A DNA stretch of 55,142 nucleotides from a virus (taxonomy: Duplodnaviria > Heunggongvirae > Uroviricota > Caudoviricetes): the IMG/VR virus record IMGVR_UViG_2711768053_000019; one strand, given 5' to 3'. Of the stretch, positions 18,394 through 30,208 are shown one piece after another. Below the pieces are notes generated by a model. It was not told where the DNA came from and searched no databases. It saw only the letters and a program-made list of their open reading frames with translations. How positions within the stretch are numbered: the first letter of the stretch is position 1; each line of letters opens with the position of its first letter. The translations under genes were made by a program, and so were the position numbers.

Positions 18394-18804
18394 TTAGTGC
18401 GGAAATATTTGTGTAGTGTTCTGAATGTTCTCAGTAAAGAGTAATGAATTATCAAAGGTATAGTAATACCTTTTGTTTTCGTGGATATTTGTAATCCATC
18501 TGAAAACCCCTGCTGTAGCAAGATTTTTTCTGTATTCGTAAAATGATAACTCTCCTGATTTGAATCCTTTTAAGGTGGCTTCTATAAGGCATTTATTTTT
18601 TGAAAATCTTACATTTACAACCTTACCCTGTCCTTTTATTAAAACCGTATTATCGTTTTCAAGAACAAGATGAATATTCTCTGTGGCTAAATAGTAAATG
18701 TAATGTGAGACATTGTGACGTTTTAGTTCAGAATAAAACCAGTGATAGTTTAAATTATTTCGCACTTTATCGAATATTTGTTTAAAAATGGCAACCTGAG
18801 CCAT
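18394..18804 (-). CDS. DUF1398-family protein (YbcV-like), about 136 aa
   Basis: AT-rich gene; [34 protein letters not shown] recalled as YbcV-like; start at internal ATG (MAQVAIF). Confidence 0.5.
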   Translation of the reverse strand: MAQVAIFKQIFDKVRNNLNYHWFYSELKRHNVSHYIYYLATENIHLVLENDNTVLIKGQGKVVNVRFSKNKCLIEATLKGFKSGELSFYEYRKNLATAGVFRWITNIHENKRYYYTFDNSLLFTENIQNTTQIFPH

Positions 18805-18860
18805 TGTAGTACCTTCCATGTGATATGAGGGGCGTAGTCTGCACGATTATCTAAATTGCT

Positions 18861-19094
18861 TCAATCTGGTCTAACCTGTTTTCTGAGCAATTCAGTAATG
18901 TCACTCTTTTCTTTGTTTGCTTCAGGCGAAACTCTTTTTTCTGAGCACAGTCTCCGGCGGCAGGCTTCAATGACCCAGGCTGAGAAATTCCCAGACCCTT
19001 TTTGCTCAAGAGCGATGTTAATTTGTTCAATCATTTGGTTAGGAAAGCGGATGTTGCGGGTTGTTGTTCTGCGGGTTCTGTTCTTCGTTGACAT
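18861..19094 (-). CDS. Small putative ribbon-helix-helix DNA-binding protein (77 aa)
   Basis: Basic N-terminus then IRFPNQMIEQINIALEQKGSGNFSAWVIEACRRRL, an RHH-like pattern. Confidence 0.4.
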   Translation of the reverse strand: MSTKNRTRRTTTRNIRFPNQMIEQINIALEQKGSGNFSAWVIEACRRRLCSEKRVSPEANKEKSDITELLRKQVRPD

Positions 19095-19261
19095 GAGGTT
19101 GCCCCGTATTCAGTGTCGCTGATTTGTATTGTCTGAAGTTGTTTTTACGTTAAGTTGATGCAGATCAATTAATACGATACCTGCGTCATAATTGATTATT
19201 TGACGTGGTTTGATGGCGTAGATGCACGTTGTGACATATAGATGATAATTATTATCATTTT

Positions 19262-19330
19262 GCGGGTCCTTTCCGGCGATCCGACAGGTTACGGGGCGGC
19301 GACCTCGCGGGTTTTCGCTATTTATGAAAA
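19262..19330 (+). other. cos: Prophage cos site (cosN 12-nt cohesive end GGGCGGCGACCT at 19294-19305, with adjacent cosQ/cosB)
   Basis: ...CGACAGGTTACG|GGGCGGCGACCTCGCGGGTTTTCGCTATTTATGAAAATTTTCCGG matches recalled lambda right-end/left-end junction; lies just upstream of Nu1. Confidence 0.9.
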
Positions 19331-19482
19331 TTTTCCGGTTTAAGGCGTTTCCGTTCTTCTTCGTCGTAACTTAATGTTTTTATTTAAAATACCCCCTGAA
19401 AAGAAAGGAAACGACAGGTGCTGAAAACGAACTTTTGGGCCTTTGTCGTTTCCTTTCTCTGTTTTTGGCCGTGGAATGAACA

Positions 19483-20002
19483 ATGGAAGTCAACAAAAAG
19501 CAGCTGGCTGACATTTTCGGTGCGAGTATCCGTACCATTCAGAACTGGCAGGAACAGGGAATGCCCGTTCTGCGAGGCGGTGGCAAGGGTAATGAGGTGC
19601 TTTATGACTCTGCCGCCGTCATAAAATGGTATGCCGAAAGGGATGCTGAAATTGAGAACGAAAAGCTGCGCCGGGAGGTTGAAGAACTGCGGCAGGCCAG
19701 CGAGGCAGATCTCCAGCCAGGAACTATTGAGTACGAACGCCATCGACTTACGCGTGCGCAGGCCGACGCACAGGAACTGAAGAATGCCAGAGACTCCGCT
19801 GAAGTGGTGGAAACCGCATTCTGTACTTTCGTGTTGTCGCGGATCGCAGGTGAAATTGCCAGTATTCTCGACGGGCTCCCCCTGTCGGTGCAGCGGCGTT
19901 TTCCGGAACTGGAAAACCGACATGTTGATTTCCTGAAACGGGATATCATCAAAGCCATGAACAAAGCAGCCGCGCTGGATGAACTGATACCGGGGTTGCT
20001 GA

Positions 20003-20028
<26 letters not shown>
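19483..20028 (+). CDS. Nu1: Terminase small subunit Nu1, 181 aa
   Basis: MEVNKKQLADIFGASIRTIQNWQEQGMPVLRGGGKGNEVLYDSAAVIKWY... matches recalled lambda Nu1. Confidence 0.95.
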
Positions 20029-23009
<2,981 letters not shown>

Positions 23010-23086
23010 AACCCTTGCTGCGTCTGGAATGTCGTTTTCCATGCTTTTGATGACCGTTCATCACCCTTCCAGTTTTTCGCGGTTTT

Positions 23087-23140
23087 GTGTATTGCAATGT
23101 GTATTGCAAATTGGCGATCGGGATGGGTGTGTATTGCAAA
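23087..23140 (+). repeat. Three direct copies of TGTGTATTGCAA near element left end (candidate integrase arm-type sites)
   Basis: Copies at 23087-23098, 23098-23110, 23127-23140; two further copies near right end at 33754-33776. Confidence 0.4.
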
Positions 23141-23157
23141 TCTCTTGAGGGCTTTTA

Positions 23158-24399
23158 ATGGCTATTGAAAACAAACTCAGTGACAAACTGTTAAAGAGTC
23201 TTGTCGGAAAACGGCAGGACAAACAAAAAACAATAGCGGATGGGCGCGGGTTGTCTGTGCGTGTAAGCATGGTTGGGGGGATCAGCTTTGTTTTTTACTA
23301 TCGTCTTGGTGGCAGGGAATCCCCTCCGGTATGGCTTACACTTGGTCGCTATCCTGACATGTCTCTTGCAACGGCCAGGCGCATGCGTGATCAGTGCCGT
23401 GAATGGCTGGCTGAAAATCTGGACCCCCGCAGGCAAATAAAACTTGCTGCCGAAAAAACTATGCAACCAGTGACCGTAAGGGATGCGCTGTTTTACTGGT
23501 ACGACAATCACGCCACAACAGCCAGAAAAGAGCATGAATATTTAATAAAACGATTTGAAAAGCATATCTTCCCCTATATCGGTGATATGGCTATAGAACA
23601 GTGCAAATTACACACATGGCTTACCGTCTTTGACAGGATCAAAAAAAATGCGCCTGTTATGTCTGGTGCAATTTTTCTTGATATCAAACAGGCGTTGCGT
23701 TTTTGTCGCGTCAGGCAATACATCGCGTGCGATCCCTTTGGAGATATTAACGTAAGTTATGTCGGGCGCTCATCCGGTATAAGGGATCGCGTTCTTAATA
23801 TCAATGAAACCGCTGATGTATGGTCTTATGCTTACGGTAATAATTTGCTAACTCTGTCATCAATATATAACCGAAGAATAATGGTTATCTGCCTGGTGTT
23901 TGGTTGCCGACAGCAGGAGGCGAGGCTATCCACCTGGGACGAATGGGATTTAAAAAACTGGGTATGGACAGTCCCAAAAGAGCACAGCAAAAACAAGGAG
24001 GCTATAGTAAGGCCTGTTCCTGACGGAATAAAACAATGGATCGTTAATCTTTACGCAGAAACAAAAAATCGCGGTTATGTTGTCGGTTGTGCTTTGCAAA
24101 GGGCGACAATAACAGGGGCTGCAAACAGAATATGCAGGCGTCTTGGTCATGATACTAATGGCTTGTGGTGCATACATGATTTCAGGCGCACATTTTCCAC
24201 TACGCTTAATGATATGGGGGCGGATCCTTATATTGTCGAACTTCTTTTAGGTCATAAAGTGAAAGGGGTTGCTGGTGTTTACAATAAAAGCAGGCATATA
24301 AAGAAAAAACTTGAGGTGCTTAATATGTGGGTTAATTACCTTAATACGATAGCAGGATTTAACAACAACGTTATCGAGCTTAATAAAGAGGTGGTGTGA
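23158..24399 (+). CDS. int: Tyrosine integrase of the inserted element (413 aa)
   Basis: C-terminal HDFRRTFSTTL...LLGH...VYNKSR (R-H-R-Y-type catalytic pattern); N-terminal arm-binding-like domain. Confidence 0.85.
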   Translation: MAIENKLSDKLLKSLVGKRQDKQKTIADGRGLSVRVSMVGGISFVFYYRLGGRESPPVWLTLGRYPDMSLATARRMRDQCREWLAENLDPRRQIKLAAEKTMQPVTVRDALFYWYDNHATTARKEHEYLIKRFEKHIFPYIGDMAIEQCKLHTWLTVFDRIKKNAPVMSGAIFLDIKQALRFCRVRQYIACDPFGDINVSYVGRSSGIRDRVLNINETADVWSYAYGNNLLTLSSIYNRRIMVICLVFGCRQQEARLSTWDEWDLKNWVWTVPKEHSKNKEAIVRPVPDGIKQWIVNLYAETKNRGYVVGCALQRATITGAANRICRRLGHDTNGLWCIHDFRRTFSTTLNDMGADPYIVELLLGHKVKGVAGVYNKSRHIKKKLEVLNMWVNYLNTIAGFNNNVIELNKEVV

Positions 24400-24400
24400 T

Positions 24401-24658
24401 ATGGCAATTTATTCTCTTGTTGATGAAAACGATTTGCGCACAATGAAGGACATTGATCGGTTCATTCGTGAAAAAGAGTGCATAGCACTTACCACGCTGG
24501 CAAACTCAACACGCTGGAAAATGGAGCAGGCAGGTAAATTCCCGCGACGTATCAAGATCGGTGAACGTGCTGCAGGGTATCGACTTTCAGAGGTTCAGGC
24601 ATGGATCCGTGGTGAGTGGCATCCTGGATGGAAACCTGGAAAAACAAAACAGCAATAA
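24401..24658 (+). CDS. alpA: AlpA-family transcriptional regulator / excisionase-like (85 aa)
   Basis: HTH LTTLANSTRWKMEQAGKFPRRIKIGERAAGYRLSEVQAWI; directly follows int in same orientation. Confidence 0.7.
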   Translation: MAIYSLVDENDLRTMKDIDRFIREKECIALTTLANSTRWKMEQAGKFPRRIKIGERAAGYRLSEVQAWIRGEWHPGWKPGKTKQQ

Positions 24659-24671
24659 CCAGTAAATAATG

Positions 24672-24694
24672 CCCCTCATCACGAGGGGTTTTTT
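24672..24694 (+). terminator. Intrinsic terminator after alpA
   Basis: CCCCTC-ATCAC-GAGGGG followed by TTTTTTGTC. Confidence 0.55.
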
Positions 24695-24714
24695 GTCTAT
24701 AAGGTAAAAACGCG

Positions 24715-25293
24715 ATGAATAAAAATATTGCCGTGACGGGCAAGGGGTACGCTCGTCCAGTGAAAAAATTCTGCGATATTCGTGATCTCGTCGTTCTGCG
24801 CTTTGATAGTGTGAACGTTCGTGTGGTGTATCTGAACGGCGATCCGTGGTTTGTTGCAAAAGATGTTTGTGCTGCGCTGGAACTAACCAATTCGCGTACG
24901 GCGTTGCAGATGCTTGATGATGATGAAAAGGGAGTAAATTTAACTTACACCCCAGGAGGAAATCAGAATATGAGAATTATCTCTGAGTCAGGTTTCTACA
25001 AACTAATAGCCCGCAGCCGCAAAGCAACGACGCCTGGCACATTTGCTCATCGTTTCAGTAACTGGGTATTCAGAAATGTGATACCAGGTATCAGAAAAAC
25101 GGGGACTTATGGTATCCCGTGGGGTGCATTACAGGATTTTTCCCGCCGTAAAGAGCAATATCAAATAAGTGCCAGCGAGAAGGGGAGGGAGCTACAGGCA
25201 TGTAAGCGCAAAAAGCGTGAGCTGGAGGAAGAAGAAAAAACGCTGATACGTGAATATCAGCCTGAGTTTTACTTTGGTAACCGCATTCAGTGA
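24715..25293 (+). CDS. Bro-N domain protein (antirepressor-like), 192 aa
   Basis: FVAKDVCAALELTNSRTALQMLDDDEKG pattern typical of Bro-N domains. Confidence 0.6.
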   Translation: MNKNIAVTGKGYARPVKKFCDIRDLVVLRFDSVNVRVVYLNGDPWFVAKDVCAALELTNSRTALQMLDDDEKGVNLTYTPGGNQNMRIISESGFYKLIARSRKATTPGTFAHRFSNWVFRNVIPGIRKTGTYGIPWGALQDFSRRKEQYQISASEKGRELQACKRKKRELEEEEKTLIREYQPEFYFGNRIQ

Positions 25294-25323
25294 CAAAACA
25301 AAGGCGACCGCAAAAGGGTCGCC
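25294..25323 (-). terminator. Terminator for minus-strand regulatory operon of the element
   Basis: GGCGACC-GCAAAAG-GGTCGCC hairpin followed on minus strand by TTTGTTTTGT. Confidence 0.45.
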
Positions 25324-25389
25324 AGTGGGAACAAGGGAAAACAAAAGCATCACCAACAATGCCACATTTGCGGCTGGTGGGCAATGTGA

Positions 25390-25569
25390 TCAGTCAGATT
25401 TGGTTCGTTCCAAGGTTTGCAACGAGAGCTTTTTCCTGTGCTCTTTAAGGAATTTCTCAAGAGCAAACGAACAAGGTGCGAATCTTTCTGATTCATGTTC
25501 ATGCGCTATATTTTTGCGTCGTCTCTTACGAGTTGGTGATGGTGTTTTGGTTGATTCTGTGTCGCTCAT
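25390..25569 (-). CDS. Small basic protein (59 aa) downstream of RHH gene
   Basis: Hand-translated MSDTESTKTPSPTRKRRRKNIAHEHESERFAPCSFALEKFLKEHRKKLSLQTLERTKSD; AGGACA SD; below ORF-track cut-off. Confidence 0.35.
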   Translation of the reverse strand: MSDTESTKTPSPTRKRRRKNIAHEHESERFAPCSFALEKFLKEHRKKLSLQTLERTKSD

Positions 25570-25626
25570 GGTGCTGTCCTGTAAAGCAATGCGCCTGCGT
25601 TCCTCAAACTATGGCGCTGATATTGG

Positions 25627-25932
25627 CTATTCATGCTCTTTGACCTTGCGTCGCTGGAGTTCTTCACGCGCGACGGTGACGAGTTGCCCGATCTCCTCGG
25701 CTGCTTTGATGCCGATTTGTTCGACCTTAGCCAGGGCATCCAGTGACGACACAAGGGGATTTTCTCCGCTGCCTTCTGCTTGGCGGCGGGCTATTTCTCC
25801 GCGCATGGCGGTTACGATAAATCCGGCATTGCTTTCACCGTCCAGCTTAACGGATTCCATCCCTTGCATAACATCTAGTGGGACTCTGACAGTTGTCAGT
25901 TGTGATTTTGCGTTTTTGTTAGCCGTTGCCAT
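25627..25932 (-). CDS. Putative ribbon-helix-helix repressor of the element (101 aa)
   Basis: TTVRVPLDVMQGMESVKLDGESNAGFIVTAMRGEI fits RHH beta-strand/helix pattern; divergent from replication/packaging operon. Confidence 0.45.
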   Translation of the reverse strand: MATANKNAKSQLTTVRVPLDVMQGMESVKLDGESNAGFIVTAMRGEIARRQAEGSGENPLVSSLDALAKVEQIGIKAAEEIGQLVTVAREELQRRKVKEHE

Positions 25933-25993
25933 TTCTGAAACTCCTAATCATCGGTGTGTTTCAGTATACACAAAAAAAGAAATACAAAAAGCC

Positions 25994-26031
25994 TTGACGT
26001 GTGTTTCATGCGCTCATAACATGAAACACAC
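25994..26031 (+). promoter_or_regulatory. Promoter/operator of element rightward operon: TTGACG -35 with 12-bp perfect inverted repeat
   Basis: GTGTGTTTCATG-cgctcataa-CATGAAACACAC (25999-26031) overlapping TTGACG (25994-25999) and TAACAT-like -10. Confidence 0.45.
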
Positions 26032-26122
26032 CGAAAGGATTGTTGAAATACAAAGAGCAACGCCCCGCAGTGCTGGGAACACATACGGGGCGTCTAACCA
26101 ACAACGTAAACTAGGAGCCGTT

Positions 26123-26320
26123 ATGGTTGCTGTAAATCATATACCACACCTTGTACACACACAAACGGCCTTTGTGTGGCGTTTTCTGGCACTGAGTGCC
26201 GGAGAATCTCAAATCATCCACGTAACCGCCTGGACGGAACGCGAAGCGCGTAGCCGTTGCCCGTCCGGTTGTGTTGCTGTATTCGCTGCAAAAATCCGCC
26301 AGGGAGTGAGTCATGCTTAA
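26123..26320 (+). CDS. Small protein (65 aa), first gene of element rightward operon
   Basis: AGGAG SD 5 nt before ATG; stop overlaps next start (ATGCTTAA). Confidence 0.45.
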   Translation: MVAVNHIPHLVHTQTAFVWRFLALSAGESQIIHVTAWTEREARSRCPSGCVAVFAAKIRQGVSHA

Positions 26321-26498
26321 AACCTTCCGTGTATTTGCCCGAGCTGTTAACCCAATAGGCCACACAATTGGTATCGCTCAGAATGTGAAGGCTGTTAATG
26401 TTCAGACGGCTATTGCTGCGGTGAGAAGCGAATCATCAGAATATGGCTTATCACAAGTCATTATTTCAGCAGTGTATGAATTAAAAGAGGTGCATTAA
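26313..26498 (+). CDS. Small hypothetical protein (61 aa)
   Basis: Translationally coupled string of small ORFs. Confidence 0.4.
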   Translation: MLKTFRVFARAVNPIGHTIGIAQNVKAVNVQTAIAAVRSESSEYGLSQVIISAVYELKEVH

Positions 26499-26689
26499 TG
26501 CAGGAAATTACATTACACGAAGCCGCTGAACGTGCGCACCAGACAGAAATTATTTGCCGCCTTCTTGAGGTATACCCGAACAAAATTACAGATGCTGATA
26601 TATCCGCACTGGCGAGCCTACTGGCGCGTCTTTCGGGAAGTGTCGCTAGTTTTTTGATTGAGGAAGAAAGTAAGCTGGTGGGGGATTAA
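26498..26689 (+). CDS. Small hypothetical protein (63 aa)
   Basis: Coupled start/stop overlap. Confidence 0.4.
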   Translation: MQEITLHEAAERAHQTEIICRLLEVYPNKITDADISALASLLARLSGSVASFLIEEESKLVGD

Positions 26690-26911
26690 ATGAATACAGA
26701 ACGGGAAGTCTTTTTTAAATTGTTAGCATGTGCAGAAAGTTCATTAACTTTAAATAATTCAGCAAAAGCAATATTAAATATGTGGCTTGATTGCATAAAT
26801 GACAATGAAGATGCAAATATTGCTTATGGCCTGTTGTCACTTATTGATGAATCAGCAGAAAAACTCAATGACGCAATAAATAGTGCCCTGCTATCAAATA
26901 AGTCGAGTTAA
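26690..26911 (+). CDS. Small hypothetical protein (73 aa)
   Basis: ATG immediately after previous stop; AT-rich. Confidence 0.4.
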   Translation: MNTEREVFFKLLACAESSLTLNNSAKAILNMWLDCINDNEDANIAYGLLSLIDESAEKLNDAINSALLSNKSS

Positions 26912-26928
26912 GTCGAGGAATAAATAAT

Positions 26929-27228
26929 ATGGAAATGAAAAATTCTGGCTTTATTGCCAGCGGCCCCGCTCGAACTGAATTTATGAACGGCGATATTTAC
27001 CGCGATAAATACGGCGGCACGGTAACGATTAAAGGCGTGGCAGAACGGCGCATCACTTACCGCCGTGAGGGGTATAGCTATGACTGCGTGATGCCTGTTT
27101 ATCAGTTCCGGCGTGATTTTTCCCTGGTATATGCCGCACCCCGCAGTAAGCCCATCAGCAGGGAAAAAGCGTGGGGAAATATCCAGAAAATGAAAACCAT
27201 GATTAACGGATTCAGAGGTAAAAAATGA
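26929..27228 (+). CDS. Hypothetical protein (99 aa)
   Basis: ATGA overlap with primase gene start. Confidence 0.45.
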   Translation: MEMKNSGFIASGPARTEFMNGDIYRDKYGGTVTIKGVAERRITYRREGYSYDCVMPVYQFRRDFSLVYAAPRSKPISREKAWGNIQKMKTMINGFRGKK

Positions 27229-28979
27229 AACTGGCACCGAACGTAAAACAGCAGTCACGCGGCATAAAACACAAAGGAACAGAAGTCATTATTTTTGCGG
27301 GTAGTGATGCCTGGGCACACGCGAAACAATGGCAGGAACATGATGCGCGTATGGCCGGAGATAATGAGCCTCCTGTGTGGCTTGGGGAGCAGCAGCTATC
27401 CGAACTGGATAATCTGCAAATTGTGCCGGAAGGCCGAAAATCAGCACGCATATACAGGGCCGGATATCTTGCGCCTGTAATGATAAAGGCGATTGGTCAG
27501 AAGCTGGCGGCAGCAGGCGTACAGGATGCAAATTTTTATCCTGAGGGTATGCACGGCCAGGAGGTGCAGAACTGGCGCGAATATCTGGCCCGTGAACGCC
27601 AGAATCTTTCTGATGGTCTGGTCATTGAGCTTCCGGTAAAGCAAAAGGCGCAACTTTCGCAGATGGCGGACAGTGAGCGCGCGCAGTTGCTTGCCGATCG
27701 CTTTGATGGCGTTTGCGTACATCCTGAAAGTGAAATCGTTCACGTATGGCGCGGCGGGGTATGGTGTCCGGTCAGCACAATGGAACTTAGCCGCGAAATG
27801 GTGGCGATCTATTCAGAGCACAGGGCCACTTTCAGCAAGCGCGTAATCAATAACGCCGTGGAAGCGTTAAAAGTTATTGCCGAACCAATGGGCGAGCCGT
27901 CTGGCGATTTGCTGCCGTTCGCCAATGGTGCGCTTGACCTGAAAACGGGGGAATTTTCCCCGCACACGCCGGAGGACTGGATCACCACGCACAACGGCAT
28001 TGAGTACACGCCACCAGCACCAGGGGAGAACATCCGCGATAACGCGCCAAACTTTCATAAATGGCTTGAGCACGCAGCCGGAAAAGACCCGCGCAAGATG
28101 ATGCGTATATGTGCCGCGCTGTACATGATTATGGCGAACCGGTACGACTGGCAGATGTTTATTGAGGCCACCGGAGACGGCGGGAGCGGTAAAAGTACAT
28201 TCACACACATAGCCAGCCTTCTGGCAGGGAAACAGAACACGGTAAGCGCTGAAATGACATCGCTTGATGATGCTGGTGGACGTGCGCAGGTTGTCGGGAG
28301 TCGTCTTATCGTCCTGGCTGACCAGCCGAAATATACAGGCGAAGGAACGGGCATCAAGAAAATCACAGGCGGCGACCCCGTGGAAATTAACCCGAAATAT
28401 GAAAAGCGTTTCACGGCGGTAATCAGGGCGGTGGTGCTGGCGACCAACAACAACCCGATGATATTCACCGAACGGGCCGGAGGTGTGGCACGTCGTCGCG
28501 TGATTTTCCGTTTCGACAATATCGTCAGTGAGGCCGAAAAAGACAGGGAGCTACCGGAAAAGATTGCGGCTGAAATCCCCGTTATTATCCGCCGATTGCT
28601 GGCGAACTTTACCGACCCTGAGAAGGCACGGGCTTTACTACTGGAACAGCGTGACGGTGATGAAGCACTGGCAATAAAGCAACAGACGGATCCGGTTATT
28701 GAGTTTTGCCAGTTCCTGAATTTTCTGGAGGAAGCGCGCGGCCTGATGATGGGTGGCGGTGGTGATTCAGTGAAGTACACGACCAGGAACAGCCTTTACC
28801 GCGTCTATCTGGCGTTTATGGCATACGCGGGCAGGAGCAAACCGCTAAACGTGGCTGAGTTCAGCAAGGCCATGAAGCCAGCGGCGAAAGTTTACGGGCA
28901 TGAATATATTACGCGAAAAGTTAAGGGAGTAACGCAGACCAACGCAATTACAACAGACGATTGCGACGCGTTTTTATAA
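27225..28979 (+). CDS. Primase-helicase (P4 alpha / D5-like, P-loop NTPase), 584 aa
   Basis: Walker A GDGGSGKST, Walker B-like LIVLAD; size and position typical of satellite Pri-Rep. Confidence 0.8.
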   Translation: MKLAPNVKQQSRGIKHKGTEVIIFAGSDAWAHAKQWQEHDARMAGDNEPPVWLGEQQLSELDNLQIVPEGRKSARIYRAGYLAPVMIKAIGQKLAAAGVQDANFYPEGMHGQEVQNWREYLARERQNLSDGLVIELPVKQKAQLSQMADSERAQLLADRFDGVCVHPESEIVHVWRGGVWCPVSTMELSREMVAIYSEHRATFSKRVINNAVEALKVIAEPMGEPSGDLLPFANGALDLKTGEFSPHTPEDWITTHNGIEYTPPAPGENIRDNAPNFHKWLEHAAGKDPRKMMRICAALYMIMANRYDWQMFIEATGDGGSGKSTFTHIASLLAGKQNTVSAEMTSLDDAGGRAQVVGSRLIVLADQPKYTGEGTGIKKITGGDPVEINPKYEKRFTAVIRAVVLATNNNPMIFTERAGGVARRRVIFRFDNIVSEAEKDRELPEKIAAEIPVIIRRLLANFTDPEKARALLLEQRDGDEALAIKQQTDPVIEFCQFLNFLEEARGLMMGGGGDSVKYTTRNSLYRVYLAFMAYAGRSKPLNVAEFSKAMKPAAKVYGHEYITRKVKGVTQTNAITTDDCDAFL

Positions 28980-28992
28980 TTTTTTGTAAAAG

Positions 28993-29216
28993 CCATCTAC
29001 CCCATCTATCTGAACAAAATAAACTCATATTATTCAACATGATAAGTGGGTATAGGGCTAGGTAGAAGGCTAATAAAAGCTCTCTACCTCTTCTACCTGA
29101 TTTTATCAGTTTCAGGTAGCAGGGTAGACGGCAGGTAGAGGAGTCAAAAAGTTATCTACCCGCTGAAAGCCGCGCCATTACTGACATGATGAGCATTCGG
29201 GTAGATGGGTAGAGGG
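28993..29216 (+). repeat. Element replication-origin candidate: at least nine GGTAG(A)/CTACC iterons
   Basis: GGTAGAAGG, CTCTACC, TCTACCTG, CAGGTAGCAGGGTAGACGGCAGGTAGAGG, TCTACCC, GGGTAGATGGGTAGAGG immediately downstream of primase-helicase. Confidence 0.5.
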
Positions 29217-29263
29217 GGGGAGGCACAACTAAAAACTTTTTAAACGAGGGGGGGTGAAAATAA

Positions 29264-29578
29264 ATGCGCATACATAAAAATCACTTAACAAACATGCCAG
29301 CCGAAAACATGAATCAGGGGCGACAAATGACCAAAATTCGCAGAGACAGAACACAGGCAAAATATAAAGCGTTAGACATGACAGAGCTTTCCTTAAAGGT
29401 GGCAATCAAAGCGATAGACCACCACACACGGGCAGGATACGCGAAGGAACATCCCGACCTGATAAGCGCATTCATGACCACAGCAGCGGCAAACTTTGCC
29501 ACGCTGACAGAACGGGAGATTGCCGAAGCGGAACAGGTGACAACCATCAATGTTAAAACCGGAGAGCAGACAGCATGA
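29264..29578 (+). CDS. Hypothetical protein (104 aa)
   Basis: G-rich SD upstream; coupled to next gene. Confidence 0.4.
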   Translation: MRIHKNHLTNMPAENMNQGRQMTKIRRDRTQAKYKALDMTELSLKVAIKAIDHHTRAGYAKEHPDLISAFMTTAAANFATLTEREIAEAEQVTTINVKTGEQTA

Positions 29579-29997
29579 CAGCACAGATAGCGGCTTACGG
29601 GCGGCTGGTGGCTGACCCGCAGTTAAAGACCACCAGCAAAGGGACACAAATGGCGATGGCGAGTATGGCGGTTCCCCTGCCGTGCAGCCAGGCAGATGAC
29701 GGAACGGCGACGATGTGGTTATCCGTCCTGGCGTTTGGCAGACAGGCCGACGCACTGGCAAAACACCACAAAGGCGAACTGGTGAGCGTGGCGGGTAACA
29801 TGCAGGTAAGCCAGTGGACAGGCCAGAACGGCGAAACGCGGCGGGGCTGGCAGGTTATCGCAGACAGCGTAATCAGTGCGCGAACGGCGCGACCGGGCGG
29901 CAAAAAAGGCCAGCAGGGGCAGGCCACTGACGCACTGAACAGGGCAAAACAACAGTCGGGGAATGATGATCCGTACGGCGATAATATACCGTTTTAA
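29575..29997 (+). CDS. SSB-like protein (140 aa)
   Basis: Acidic C-terminal tail ending DDPYGDNIPF as in SSB C-termini; OB-fold-like core. Confidence 0.55.
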   Translation: MTAQIAAYGRLVADPQLKTTSKGTQMAMASMAVPLPCSQADDGTATMWLSVLAFGRQADALAKHHKGELVSVAGNMQVSQWTGQNGETRRGWQVIADSVISARTARPGGKKGQQGQATDALNRAKQQSGNDDPYGDNIPF

Positions 29998-30208
29998 ATT
30001 CTACAAACAAAAAGATGCCGGAAAAAAATAGATTTTCCGGCATGCTACATAAATCCCGACCAAAGGAAGTAAATACATTAACACGAATTATCAGCACTGA
30101 AGTTGTTACGGCATATTTTATACAACATTGCACTTGGTTGCATGTATTCGCATAGCAGACATCGGTAATAGAATATATTCATAATTATTTGTAATGAATG
30201 TAAAGAGG

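Noticed and set aside
25250-26320. 356-codon plus-strand ORF spanning the element control region
   Set aside because: Starts at a GTG inside the Bro-N gene, is antisense to two better-supported minus-strand genes and crosses a promoter/inverted-repeat region; low-complexity Ser/Cys-rich translation. Only its last 65 codons (26123-26320), which have a strong AGGAG SD, are kept as a gene.
26111-26365. 84-codon minus-strand ORF overlapping the first rightward element gene
   Set aside because: Antisense to a gene with a strong SD and translational coupling to the following ORFs; no start signal of its own.
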